Source: Thermoanaerobaculia bacterium
Lineage (GTDB): Bacteria; Acidobacteriota; Thermoanaerobaculia; Multivoradales; UBA5704
DNA: 64,000 nucleotides
NCBI GenBank assembly: GCA_044226625.1
Contig: JBGAGQ010000006.1
Location: 108,587-172,586, forward strand
Direction of reading: 5' to 3'
The position numbers were made by a program, and so were the translations under genes. This document shows, piece by piece, positions 35,415-45,417 of this stretch (positions within the stretch are counted from its first letter, which is position 1; each line of letters begins with the position of its first letter). Below the pieces are notes generated by a model that was not told the DNA's origin, did no database searches, and was given only the letters and a program-made list of their open reading frames with translations.

Positions 35415-36098
35415 CTATCGGTTCGCCGCGACCTTCTCGCCGCGGTCCAGGCGGACGTGCGCCTCCCCTACGCCGCAGTCGATCGAGATCCGGGATGCGC
35501 CTTTCCCCTCGTTCCAGACGATCTCGCGGGTGAACAGCCCTTCGCTCGACCAGTGGCGCCCGGCGGCGATCAGATGACCCTCGCCAACGCCTGTGTCGAC
35601 CGACACCGAACGGAAGGCCGACTCCGGCGCGCTCACGTGAACCTCACCGACCCCGAGGTCGGCGACCACGTTGCCTTCGAAGCCGTCGATGTGGAGCTCG
35701 CCCACGCTCAGGTCCGCGTTCACGCCGAGCGACCGAGGCGCGGTGATCACGGCCTTGATGTGGAGGTTTCCCCAGCCCGACGTCCGCCTCGCCTTGACCG
35801 AGATCCGTTCCTCGGAGCGGGCGGCGGAGAAGGTGACGTGTTGGGCCCTCTGGGTACACGACTTGAGCCCGCGGCGCGAGCACAGGACCTTGAGGTCGAC
35901 CTGCACCTCCGGCACGTCGGCGGCGACGACCTCCACCTCCCCCACCGCCACGTCGAGCGAAACGCTCCGCAGGCCGGCGGCCGGAAAGTTCTTGGTGAAA
36001 GTGCGCACCACCTGATCGTCGTTCGCGCGCGCCGGCTCGGCCCATGCGAGGGCCAGCAACGGGAGGAATAGAAGAGGAAGGGAGTTGGAGCGGCGCAT
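35415..36098 (-). CDS. Secreted beta-repeat protein (DUF4097/adhesin-like)
   Basis: Signal peptide; repeated D.GVGE units. Confidence 0.7.
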   Translation of the reverse strand: MRRSNSLPLLFLPLLALAWAEPARANDDQVVRTFTKNFPAAGLRSVSLDVAVGEVEVVAADVPEVQVDLKVLCSRRGLKSCTQRAQHVTFSAARSEERISVKARRTSGWGNLHIKAVITAPRSLGVNADLSVGELHIDGFEGNVVADLGVGEVHVSAPESAFRSVSVDTGVGEGHLIAAGRHWSSEGLFTREIVWNEGKGASRISIDCGVGEAHVRLDRGEKVAANR

Positions 36099-36295
36099 CG
36101 TCAGGCCTCCTTGGGTTCGAGGCTTCCTACGTAGCCGAGGGGAAAGAAGTTCCAAGAACCGCGGGAGAATGTCCGAAAGACGGCTCGGTCTCTCGGAACG
36201 ACACCTCGCGCCGACGCTCCTCGACCGTTTCGAAATCGGGCTCGATCCTCCCCCGGCCCAGAAGAAGCCCGGGGAGCCATCGAAAGGAGGAAACC

Positions 36296-37774
36296 ATGAC
36301 CTTCGCGGCCCCCCGCTTCGCCTTACGCAAACCGTCGCTCCTCGGGTCGGCGGCCCTCTCGTCCCTCCTGCTCTGGAGTTTGGGATGCGCCACCAATCCG
36401 GCGACCGGCAAGAGCCAGCTCGCCCTGATCGGCGAGGCGCGGGAGATCGAGCTCGGTCGCGATTCCGACCGGGAGATCGTCGCGTCCCTCGGTCTGGTCG
36501 ACGACGCCGAGCTTCAGTCCTACGTGAGCCGCCTCGGGCATGCGGTGGCGGATTCGTCGGAGCGGCCTGGACTTCCCTGGACTTTTCGGGTGGTCGACGA
36601 TCCGGTCGTCAACGCCTTCGCCCTGCCTGGCGGGTACGTCTACGTGACCCGTGGCCTGCTCGGCCACCTGACCTCGGAGGCCGAGCTGGTCTCCGTCCTC
36701 GGCCACGAGATCGGCCACGTCACCGCTCGCCACAGCGTCGAACAGATCAGCCGCCAACAGCTCGCCCAGATCGGCCTGCTTGGCGTCGCGATCGCGCGGC
36801 CCGACTTCGGCCGCTATGCCGATCTCGCCCAGACCGGCCTCGGGTTGATGTTCCTCAAATACGGCCGCGACGACGAACGGCAGGCCGACGAGCTCGGTCT
36901 GCGTTACCTGGTACAGGCGGGGTACAACCCGCGCGAGATGCCGCCGGTCTTCGCCACGCTCAAGCGCGCGAGCGAGGCACAAGGAGGGGGGCGCGTGCCC
37001 GGATGGCTCTCCACCCATCCGACGGAAGAGAGCCGGATCCAGTCGATCTCCCGAGGCATCTCGGGGTACGGCCGCGACTGGACCGGGTCCAAGGTGAACC
37101 GAGACGGTTATCTCGCCCGGCTCGACGGGCTCGCCTTCGGCGACGATCCCCGCGAAGGCTATTTCCTGCGCGCTAATCGTTTCATCCATCCCGGCCTCGG
37201 CTTCGAGATCCGTTTCCCGGAAGGATGGAAGGCCGAGAACCAGAAGCAGCGCGTAGCGGCGGTGAGCCCCGCCGAAGACGCGATCGTCGAGCTCACGCTC
37301 GCCAAGGAGGCGTCCCCGGAAGCGGCGGCCCGAGCGTTCTACGCCCTCGACGGGATCACCCGAGGCGAGTCGGTAGGGCGCGGTGGCAGAGCGTCGCTCG
37401 TCGCGAACCGGTTCGAGGCGCAGGGGCAACAAGCCACGCTCTACGGCATCGCGGGCTTCGTCTCCCAGGGGAGGAACGTCTTCCAGGTCCTCGGCTATAC
37501 CCGCGAGGGGCGATGGCAGGAGCTTTCCGACTCGCTCGCCGACGCGGTCTTGAGCTTCGGCCCGGTCTCCGAGCCGCGGCTCCTCCGAGTCGAACCGAAG
37601 CGGATCGAGATCGTCGAACTCCCCGAGACGATGACGATCGAGGAGTTCGCTCGCCGCTATCCGTCGACCGTCGAGACCGCGACGCTCGCGATCATCAACC
37701 AGGTGGAAGCTGGAGCGACGCTCGCGGCGGGAACCCATGCGAAACGCGTGCGCGGAGGAGAACTTCCCCGATAG
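36296..37774 (+). CDS. M48 family metalloprotease lipoprotein
   Basis: LGCATNPATG, NAFALPGG, HEIGH, ERQADELG, STHP. Confidence 0.92.
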   Translation: MTFAAPRFALRKPSLLGSAALSSLLLWSLGCATNPATGKSQLALIGEAREIELGRDSDREIVASLGLVDDAELQSYVSRLGHAVADSSERPGLPWTFRVVDDPVVNAFALPGGYVYVTRGLLGHLTSEAELVSVLGHEIGHVTARHSVEQISRQQLAQIGLLGVAIARPDFGRYADLAQTGLGLMFLKYGRDDERQADELGLRYLVQAGYNPREMPPVFATLKRASEAQGGGRVPGWLSTHPTEESRIQSISRGISGYGRDWTGSKVNRDGYLARLDGLAFGDDPREGYFLRANRFIHPGLGFEIRFPEGWKAENQKQRVAAVSPAEDAIVELTLAKEASPEAAARAFYALDGITRGESVGRGGRASLVANRFEAQGQQATLYGIAGFVSQGRNVFQVLGYTREGRWQELSDSLADAVLSFGPVSEPRLLRVEPKRIEIVELPETMTIEEFARRYPSTVETATLAIINQVEAGATLAAGTHAKRVRGGELPR

Positions 37775-37924
37775 CCGCGACCGAGAAATCGACGCAAGGT
37801 TCGCGAGGCCCACCGTCGCCTGACGCTCCGCGGAATCTTTTCTCCGGGAGGGCCGTATTCGAAGGATGACACCGGGCCGCGCGCCCGGCCCCCTGGTTCG
37901 AATCCCCTCGGAAGGAGCTCTCCC

Positions 37925-39766
37925 GTGCACGACGTGTCTTTACCGCTTCGCCGCCCGAAACGCGCGGCGATTCTCGCGCTGTTCGCCCTCGTCGCCATCG
38001 CCTCTCAGGCGAGGGCCGCCGACTCGCCAAAGACCGCAGCCCCCACGAAGCCCGCCTGGGTCGAGAAGAGTGACCAAAACTCCCAGGTCTTGATCGATCT
38101 CTTCGCCCGCCTCGGCCCGGAAGGGGCAAGCCAGTTCGGCGTCGACGGATACGACGAGAAGATCTCCGACTTCACCTCCGGCTTCGTCGAGCGCCAGAAC
38201 GAGGAGACCCGCAAGGCGGTCGCCGAGCTGCAGCGCCGCCTCGCCGAGGAGAAGGATCCCGCGGTGCGCCAGGACCTCGAGATCCTGATCGGCTCGGCCA
38301 ACGACAGCATCGAAGCGAACGAAGTGAACGAGCGTCTCGTCGTCCCCTACTTCGACGTCCATCAGTTGGTTTTCCAGGGTGTCCGCTCCCTGCTCGACGA
38401 CCAGGTGGCGCCGGAACGCCGGAACGCCGCGATCGTTCGCCTGCACAAATACGCCGGGCTCGATCCGGCGACGAACGGCGGCAAGCCGGTGACGGTGCTC
38501 GCGGCCGAATACATGCGCTCCCGCTTCGCGCAGCCGGGCCTGCTCGCGCCGACCAAGGCCGAGGTGGACAAGGCGCTCCAGACCACCGCGACCTTCTCCG
38601 ACGGCCTCGGCGAGCTGTTCCAGAAGTACCAGCTCAAGGGGTATGAAAAGGATTACGCGGCGGTCAAGAAGCAGCTGGCCGAGTACGAGGCGTTCGTCCG
38701 TTCCGAGGTGCTGCCGCGCACGCGGACCGATTTCAAGCTTCCGCCCGAGCTGTACGCCCTGTCGCTCAAGCAGGTGGGCGTCGACATGAACGTCGACGAG
38801 CTGGTCTCCCGCGCCGAAGTGGCGTTCCGCGAGATCCAGAACGAGATGCAGACGCTCGCGCCGTTGGTGGCGAAAGAAAAGGGCTTTTCGGCGACCGACT
38901 ACCGCGACGTGCTGCGCGAGCTGAAGAAGAACCAGATCGTGGGCGAGGCGATCCTTCCCCACTACGAGGGGCGGATCAAAGACCTGGAGAAGATCATCCG
39001 CGACCACCGGATCGTGACCCTCCCCGACCGGCCGATGCGCATCCGGCTCGCCAGCGGCGCGGAGAGCGCGGCGATCCCGGCGCCGAACATGCGGCCGCCG
39101 CGGTTGATCGGCAACACCGGAGAGATCGGCGAGTTCGTGCTGCCGATGCGCATCCCGGGACCGGACGGAAAATTGATCGGCTTCGACGACTTCACGTTCG
39201 ACGCCGCCTCCTGGACCCTCACCGCCCACGAGGGGCGTCCGGGTCATGAGCTGCAATTCGCCTCCCTCGTCGAGAAGGGAGTCTCGCTCGCCCGCGCGCT
39301 CTTCGCTTTCAACAGCGTCAACGCCGAAGGTTGGGGCCTGTACGCCGAAGCCGAAGCGAAACCCTACGAGCCGCTCGACGGCCAGCTCGTGGCGCTCCAA
39401 GCCCGCCTGATGCGCGCCGCTCGAGCCCAACTCGATCCGGGCCTGCAGCGCGGCACGATCACGAAGGACGAGGCGACCCGCGTGCTGACCCTCGACGTCG
39501 GCCTCTCCGACGCGATGGCGTTGCAGGAGGTCGAGCGCTATACCTTCCGCTCACCCGGCCAGGCGACGGCCTACTTTTGCGGCTATCAGCGCTTGATGGA
39601 GATGCGCACCGAGGTCGAGCGGACGCTCGGCTCGGCGTTCGACCGCCAGCGCTTCAACGACTTCATCCTCGCTCAGGGTTTGCTGCCGCCTTCGCTGCTC
39701 AAAAAGGCGCTGATCGAGGAATTCATCCCGCACGAGAAGGCGACGGCCACGGCCGCCTCGCGCTGA
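37925..39766 (+). CDS. DUF885 family secreted protein
   Basis: Signal peptide; HEGRPGHELQ, EGWGLYAE, EVERY...PGQATAY. Confidence 0.9.
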   Translation: MHDVSLPLRRPKRAAILALFALVAIASQARAADSPKTAAPTKPAWVEKSDQNSQVLIDLFARLGPEGASQFGVDGYDEKISDFTSGFVERQNEETRKAVAELQRRLAEEKDPAVRQDLEILIGSANDSIEANEVNERLVVPYFDVHQLVFQGVRSLLDDQVAPERRNAAIVRLHKYAGLDPATNGGKPVTVLAAEYMRSRFAQPGLLAPTKAEVDKALQTTATFSDGLGELFQKYQLKGYEKDYAAVKKQLAEYEAFVRSEVLPRTRTDFKLPPELYALSLKQVGVDMNVDELVSRAEVAFREIQNEMQTLAPLVAKEKGFSATDYRDVLRELKKNQIVGEAILPHYEGRIKDLEKIIRDHRIVTLPDRPMRIRLASGAESAAIPAPNMRPPRLIGNTGEIGEFVLPMRIPGPDGKLIGFDDFTFDAASWTLTAHEGRPGHELQFASLVEKGVSLARALFAFNSVNAEGWGLYAEAEAKPYEPLDGQLVALQARLMRAARAQLDPGLQRGTITKDEATRVLTLDVGLSDAMALQEVERYTFRSPGQATAYFCGYQRLMEMRTEVERTLGSAFDRQRFNDFILAQGLLPPSLLKKALIEEFIPHEKATATAASR

Positions 39767-39863
39767 GTCTCCGTGAGCCCGCGGGAAGAAGGACCCCGCG
39801 GGCTCGCCGACGCCTCGCCTGAGCCGCCGTTGCTGGCTGATTTCTCGAGCCGATCTCGCCGGG

Positions 39864-41630
39864 CTAAAGCGGCCAGAGAATCGGCACCAGCCAGAGCAGC
39901 AGCGCGACCATCAGCGCCGTGAGCGGCAAGCCGGCGAGCAGGAAGTCGCGGAAGCGATATTTGCCCGGACCGTAGACCAGTAGGCAGGACGGCTCGAACG
40001 GCGTGAGGAACGAGAGCGACGCCGCGAGCGTGACGAGGACCGCGAACGTCCGCGGGTTGGCGTGGATCTGGGACGCCGTCTGCATCGCGACCGGCAGCAC
40101 CACGAGAGCCGCGGCGGCATTCGACATCGGCTGGGTGAGCAGGACGGTGAGGATCGTGAACGCGGCGAGCAGGAAACCGATCCCGAGAGGTGCGGTCCAT
40201 TGGACGATCATCCCGGCGAGATAGGACGCCGCGCCGGTTTTGGACATCGCGGTGCCGAACGCCGTCATCCCGGCGATCAATATGAGCAGACGCCAGTCGA
40301 TGAAACCGTATGCCTCCTCGGCGGTGACGATCCGAAGCAGCAGGACCCCCACGGCGGCGAGCAGGAACGCGATCGGCAAGGGGATGAGGCCGAATCCCGA
40401 CGCAGCGACCGCGGCGATGAACAGGCCGATCACCGCGAGTCCGGAGCGCGTCCGCGCCGGCCGGTGCTCGGTCTCCTGGAGCATCCACAGATCCGGGTTG
40501 TCGGCAATCTCGGCGAATCGCTGCGACCGTCCCTGGAGGAGGAGCACGTCGCCGATCCGGAGCGGCAAAGTCCCCAACTTCTCGGGCAGGGCATGCCCTT
40601 GGCGGAAGAGCGCGATCACCGTCACCCCGAACCGCCGCCGGAAATCCAGTTCCTTGATCGACCGGCCGACCAGGCTCGACTGCGGCATCAGCACCGCCTC
40701 GACCACCTTCATCGTCTCGCTGGTGAGGTCGACGTCGTCCGGCTTCAAATCCGGCTTGATCTCGATTCCCGGCGTGTCCTTGACCTTGAGCAACCCTTCG
40801 CGGCTCGCCTTGACGATCAGCAGATCCTCGGCCTGGAGCGGCGTGTCGGGATCGGGCGAGAACTTGTTGCGTCCGCGAATGATCGCGAGCACCGTCGTCT
40901 CGAGCTCGTTGAACGGCACCTCGCGCAGCGCGCGGCCGACCAGCGGCGACCGCTCGGTGACCACCAGCTCGGACAGGAACTGGCGCACCGAATACTCCTC
41001 GGTGAGGCTCGTCTCGGCGTGGGCGGGAAGGAAGCGGCGTCCGATGAAAGCCATCCACAAGGTGCCGACCAGACAGGCCGCGAGCCCGACCGGCAGAAAC
41101 TCGAACAGCCGGAACGGCTCCATGTGCGCGCTCTTCAAGAAAGCGCTCGCCGCCACGTTGGTCGACGTGCCGATCAGCGTGCAGGTGCCGCCGAGCATCG
41201 AGGCGAAGGCGATCGGGATCAGCACCTTGCTCGGCGCGACGTGGCTTCGTCGGCAGACTCCGAGCGCCGCGGGCAGCACCACGGCCGTGGTCGTCGTGTT
41301 GTTCATGAAGGCGGAGATGAAGGCGGTGACCAACATGACCGAGACGACGATCGCGGTCGGGCTCCCGCCGGCGTGGCGATGAACCCAGCCGCCGGCGCGA
41401 TCGACGACTCCGGTGCGCATCAGACCGTCGGACAGCACGAAGATCGCGGCGAGGATGATCACGATCTCGTTGGAAAATCCCGCGAAAGCCTCCTTGACGT
41501 CGAGCACGCCGGAAAGGACCAGGATCGAAAGGAGGATCAAGGTTGCGACGTCGACCGACAGCCATTCGAAGGCGAACACCACGACCGCTGCGCCGAGCAG
41601 AGCGAGAACCAGGAAGATCTGAAACGTCAT
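39864..41630 (-). CDS. SLC13-family permease with TrkA-C domains
   Basis: SAFMNNT, LGGTCTLIGTSTN, two TrkA-C repeats, MSNAAA, GPGKYRFRDF. Confidence 0.92.
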   Translation of the reverse strand: MTFQIFLVLALLGAAVVVFAFEWLSVDVATLILLSILVLSGVLDVKEAFAGFSNEIVIILAAIFVLSDGLMRTGVVDRAGGWVHRHAGGSPTAIVVSVMLVTAFISAFMNNTTTTAVVLPAALGVCRRSHVAPSKVLIPIAFASMLGGTCTLIGTSTNVAASAFLKSAHMEPFRLFEFLPVGLAACLVGTLWMAFIGRRFLPAHAETSLTEEYSVRQFLSELVVTERSPLVGRALREVPFNELETTVLAIIRGRNKFSPDPDTPLQAEDLLIVKASREGLLKVKDTPGIEIKPDLKPDDVDLTSETMKVVEAVLMPQSSLVGRSIKELDFRRRFGVTVIALFRQGHALPEKLGTLPLRIGDVLLLQGRSQRFAEIADNPDLWMLQETEHRPARTRSGLAVIGLFIAAVAASGFGLIPLPIAFLLAAVGVLLLRIVTAEEAYGFIDWRLLILIAGMTAFGTAMSKTGAASYLAGMIVQWTAPLGIGFLLAAFTILTVLLTQPMSNAAAALVVLPVAMQTASQIHANPRTFAVLVTLAASLSFLTPFEPSCLLVYGPGKYRFRDFLLAGLPLTALMVALLLWLVPILWPL

Positions 41631-41758
41631 GGCCGGGAGCTTACCAGCGGGACGAGAGCCCGAACGGTCGGCCGGATCGGACCGTCATTCCGACTGGCGC
41701 CGGAAGGGTGGAATCGGCGGGGAGCTTGGCAGAGGGGGGCGTTTTGTGAGAACGTATG

Positions 41759-41959
41759 GCCGACAGGTGCCCGGCCTTCCCGATCCGTTCCGGGGCCGGA
41801 GAACCAAACCCAGGGCCGTAGATGCCTGGAACGGCACGTCTCTTCTGCTGAGGCCGCCGCGAATGCTGGGCAGGGTTAAAAACCAAACGGTTCGAAACCT
41901 GAGTTTGCGTCAGACGTTTCAAGATCCATCGTAGCGGAATCAACGGTGCGCACCTCGGC
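41759..41959 (+). ncRNA. Candidate 6S-like RNA (about 200 nt)
   Basis: 5' gccgacaggtgc pairs with 3' gcacctcggc. A/C-rich unpaired stretches (agaaccaaa, ttaaaaaccaaa) flank an aaccc...gggtt-closed distal stem. Confidence 0.45.
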
Positions 41960-42011
41960 GCCCTCCCGTGGGTTGCTGCGTGCGCGGCAAACGAAAAGGC
42001 GGAATTTCCGT

Positions 42012-43622
42012 ATGCCGTTTTCCTCGTTCGGACTCCATCCGGAACTCTTAGAGGGGGTTCGGAACCTCGGCCTCACCCATCCCACCAACCTGCAGAAGGA
42101 CGCCCTGCCGCCGATCCTGGAGGGGCGCGACCTGATGGCTCTCGCGGCCACGGGAAGCGGCAAGACCGCCGCGTATCTGCTCCCGGTCCTTCATGGACTG
42201 CTCGCCCGGCGCGCGCCCGCGGAGACTCCCGAGCCCGCGGCCGAAGGCTCGGATGCAGGGAACCCGGATTCGGGCGCGCAGCCTTCCACGGGGCGTGCCT
42301 TGATCCTCGCGCCCTCGCGCGAGCTGACGATCCAGATCCGCGAGAAGGCTCGCGCCTTCGGCCATCGGTGCGACCTGCGGATCCTCGCAGTCTGCGACGG
42401 AGGCGACGCCGACGAGCAGTTGTCGGAGGGTTTTGATCTCTTGGTCGCGGTGCCCACGAGCCTGCCCGCGGCGATCGAGCGGATGCCGAATCTCCTCGCC
42501 GGCGTGGAGATCCTGGTGCTCGACGAGGTCGATCGGATGCTCGGACCCGAGCTGGTCGCGGCGCTCGACCGCCTGCCCGAGGCGCCGCGCCAGCGGATCA
42601 TCTTCGCCAACCTGCCGTCAGCCCCGGTGACCGAGTTCGCACGCCAACTGCTGCGCGAGCCCGTCGAGGTCGGCCAGTCCCGTCCGCCCGAGCTGCCGGA
42701 GAACCTCGATCAGGCGGTGTACGAGGTGCGCGAGGAGCTCAAGGCTCCGCTCCTGCTCGAGCTGCTCCGGCGCGATCTGGTGGCGAGCGTGGTGGTCTTC
42801 GCTCGCACCAAGCATCGGGCGAACCGGCTGACCGAGCTGCTCGCCAAGAACGGCATCGTTTGCGATCGCATCCACGGCAACCGGTCTCCCGGCCAGCGCG
42901 CGGCAGCGATTGCGAGCTTCAACGAGGGGCGGTTGCGCGCCCTGGTCGCCACCGACGTCGCGGCCCGGGGCATGGGAGTCGAGGGCACGGTGAGCGTCGT
43001 CCATTTCGACGCGCCGACCTCCGGGGAGGACTACCTCCAACGCGTCACGCTCTCCTCCGACATCGCCGCCTCCCTGTCGCTCGTCGCCGAGCGCGAGCTC
43101 GGCGAGCTGCGGGCCATCGAGCGCATCCTCGGCTCGCCGCTGCCGCGCCGCACGCTCGAGGATTTCGACTACGCCCAAGAGCCGGAAGAAAAGCTCGAAG
43201 CGCAGGAGAGCAGCGCGGAGGCGCGACCCGCGCGACCCGAGGCGCGCCGTAACGAAGAGCGAAATCGGGGCAAGAAGCGCGAGGAACGCAAGCCGCAGCA
43301 GCCCAAACCGCAAGCCCAGGCGAGCGAGGGCGGAGAACGCCGCCCGCGTCGCGAGGCCCGGCAGCCACAGGCACCGCGGGCCGAGATCGGCAACTCGATC
43401 TACGGTCCGTACGGCGGCGGCGGCGGTGGGGGCAACTCGTACGGATCCGGCCACGGGCCGGGGCCGAACGGCAACGTCGCCCCGCGCCGCGGCAAGGGTC
43501 GCGGCTTCGTCCCGCCTTACCGGCAGATCCAGGGCGATCCGAACTCCAATTCGAATCCCTCGCTCCTCCCCGACCGTCCCCCTTCGGGCATCCGCGGCCG
43601 GCGCTCGACGTTCAAAGGCTGA
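42012..43622 (+). CDS. DEAD-box RNA helicase homolog with degenerate motifs
   Basis: Q-motif, AATGSGKT, DEVD and ATDVAARG are present; motifs Ib, III and VI have diverged; Arg/Gly-rich tail. Confidence 0.85.
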   Translation: MPFSSFGLHPELLEGVRNLGLTHPTNLQKDALPPILEGRDLMALAATGSGKTAAYLLPVLHGLLARRAPAETPEPAAEGSDAGNPDSGAQPSTGRALILAPSRELTIQIREKARAFGHRCDLRILAVCDGGDADEQLSEGFDLLVAVPTSLPAAIERMPNLLAGVEILVLDEVDRMLGPELVAALDRLPEAPRQRIIFANLPSAPVTEFARQLLREPVEVGQSRPPELPENLDQAVYEVREELKAPLLLELLRRDLVASVVVFARTKHRANRLTELLAKNGIVCDRIHGNRSPGQRAAAIASFNEGRLRALVATDVAARGMGVEGTVSVVHFDAPTSGEDYLQRVTLSSDIAASLSLVAERELGELRAIERILGSPLPRRTLEDFDYAQEPEEKLEAQESSAEARPARPEARRNEERNRGKKREERKPQQPKPQAQASEGGERRPRREARQPQAPRAEIGNSIYGPYGGGGGGGNSYGSGHGPGPNGNVAPRRGKGRGFVPPYRQIQGDPNSNSNPSLLPDRPPSGIRGRRSTFKG

Positions 43623-43639
43623 GGCGCGAGAAATCCCCG

Positions 43640-43673
43640 AGGCCCCGCTCTCTTCGAGGCGGGGCCTTTTTCT
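43640..43673 (+). terminator. Intrinsic terminator
   Basis: aggccccgc-loop-gcggggcct followed by TTTTCT. Confidence 0.75.
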
Positions 43674-43689
43674 ATCCCGGAGGTCCTAG

Positions 43690-44205
43690 ATGGCCCGCGC
43701 CCGACGCTACTGGCTGATGAAATGCGAGCCGGAGGCCTATTCGATCGACGACCTCGAACGCGACGGCTCCACCTGTTGGGAAGGGGTCCGAAACTTCCAG
43801 GCCCGCAACTATCTGCGCGACGACTTCGCGGTCGGCGACGGAGTTCTTTTCTACGCCTCGAACTCGGTGCCCTCCGGCGTCGCCGGCCTCGCCGAGGTCT
43901 CCCGGTCGGCCTATCCCGATTCCTTCGCCTTCGAAGCGAAACACGACTACTTCGATCCGAAGAGCGATCCGGAGAATCCGACCTGGTTCATGGTGGACGT
44001 CCGTTTCGTCGAGAAATTCGCCGAGATCGTGCCGCTCGAGGCGCTCAAGACGACCCCCGGGCTCGAGGAGATGATGGTCATCCGAAAAGGGATGCGCCTT
44101 TCGATCCAACCGGTCGCGAAGTCGGAGTTCGAGATCGTCAAGAAGCTCGGCCGCGCCACGGGCGGATCCGGCCGGCCCGGTCGGAATTCGGCGCGCGCGA
44201 AATGA
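43690..44205 (+). CDS. EVE domain protein
   Basis: YWLMKCEP, WEGVRNFQARN, YFDPKS, RLSIQPV. Confidence 0.93.
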   Translation: MARARRYWLMKCEPEAYSIDDLERDGSTCWEGVRNFQARNYLRDDFAVGDGVLFYASNSVPSGVAGLAEVSRSAYPDSFAFEAKHDYFDPKSDPENPTWFMVDVRFVEKFAEIVPLEALKTTPGLEEMMVIRKGMRLSIQPVAKSEFEIVKKLGRATGGSGRPGRNSARAK

Positions 44206-44390
44206 GCGCTTCGACCGATTGGGTCGAGATCCAATGCCCCTACTGCGGCGAGCGGATCGAGGTCGCGATCGAATCCGACCAGTGGGGGAAGCTCGTCCAA
44301 GACTGCGAGGTCTGCTGCAATCCCTGGGAGCTCACCATCCGCCGCGACCGCTACGGCGACCTCGACGTCCGGGTGGAGAAAGCGCAGTAG
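44202..44390 (+). CDS. CPXCG-motif cysteine-rich small protein
   Basis: CPYCGE...QDCEVCCNP. Confidence 0.88.
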   Translation: MSASTDWVEIQCPYCGERIEVAIESDQWGKLVQDCEVCCNPWELTIRRDRYGDLDVRVEKAQ

Positions 44391-44414
44391 GTCGCCTGTG
44401 AAAGCGCCGACTCC

Positions 44415-45404
44415 ATGAAAACGTCGACGATGAAAGCGCTCGCCTTCGATTCCTTCGGCGACCCCGCGGTGCTCGGCTTGCGCGACCTACCCGAGCCGGC
44501 GCCGGCGCCCGGGCATGCCCTAGTGCGCACCCGGGCGATCGGGCTCAACTTCGCCGACGTCTATCGGCGACGCGGCCACTACCACCTGGCCGGTCCTCCT
44601 CCTTACGTCGCGGGCTACGAGGCGGCCGGGGTGATCGAAACGATCGAAGCGACCGGAGGAGCGGACGTTCCCTTCGCCAAAGGCGACCGGGTGGGCTTCG
44701 CGGACAGCCCGTTCGCCAACGCGGAGCTCGTCTCGGTACCGATCGAGAAGCTGATCCCGCTGCCCGACGACATCTCGTTCGAGACCGCGGCGGCGATCCT
44801 CCTCCAGGGTCTCACCGCCCAATACCTAACCCGCGACAGCCATCCGATCGGACCCGGCGAAAGCGTCCTGGTGCACGCGGCGGCAGGCGGGGTGGGCCTC
44901 CTGTTGGTGCAGATCGCGAAACGGCTCGGCGCCCGAGTGCTCGGCCTTACGTCGAGCACCGGCAAGGCGGCCGCGATCCTCGCCGCCGGCGCCGAAGCGA
45001 CCGCCCTCTACGATGAGGATTGGGTGCGCGCGGCGCGCGAGTTTTCCTACGGCGAAGGGGTCGACGTGGTCTACGAATCCGTCGGCTCGACGCTCACCGA
45101 AAGCTTCGCCGCCGCCCGAAACGGCGGCCACGTCGTCTTTTTCGGCATGGCCGGCGGCGACCCGCCGCCGATCGACCCCCGCATGCTGATGGACACCTCG
45201 AAGCGGATCACCGGCGGCGACCTTTGGAACGTCCTGCGGACCGGCGAAGATCGTCGCTTTCGCGCGGCCGAGCTGTTCGGCTGGGTGCGCCAAGGCATCC
45301 TGCGGGTGACGATCGCCGCGCGGTACCCCCTCGCCGAGGGCGCCGCCGCCCACGCGTTCCTCGAGAGCCGCAAGAGCTCGGGGAAGGTGCTGCTGATCCC
45401 CTGA
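44415..45404 (+). CDS. NADPH:quinone oxidoreductase (zeta-crystallin type)
   Basis: IGLNFAD, GYEAAG, HAAAGGVG, SSGKVLL. Confidence 0.92.
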   Translation: MKTSTMKALAFDSFGDPAVLGLRDLPEPAPAPGHALVRTRAIGLNFADVYRRRGHYHLAGPPPYVAGYEAAGVIETIEATGGADVPFAKGDRVGFADSPFANAELVSVPIEKLIPLPDDISFETAAAILLQGLTAQYLTRDSHPIGPGESVLVHAAAGGVGLLLVQIAKRLGARVLGLTSSTGKAAAILAAGAEATALYDEDWVRAAREFSYGEGVDVVYESVGSTLTESFAAARNGGHVVFFGMAGGDPPPIDPRMLMDTSKRITGGDLWNVLRTGEDRRFRAAELFGWVRQGILRVTIAARYPLAEGAAAHAFLESRKSSGKVLLIP

Positions 45405-45417
45405 GGATCTCGACCGC

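Noticed and set aside
37890-37912. GGTTCGAATCCC tRNA T-loop-like motif
   Set aside because: The T-stem does not pair beyond 2 bp, and there is no acceptor, D or anticodon arm.
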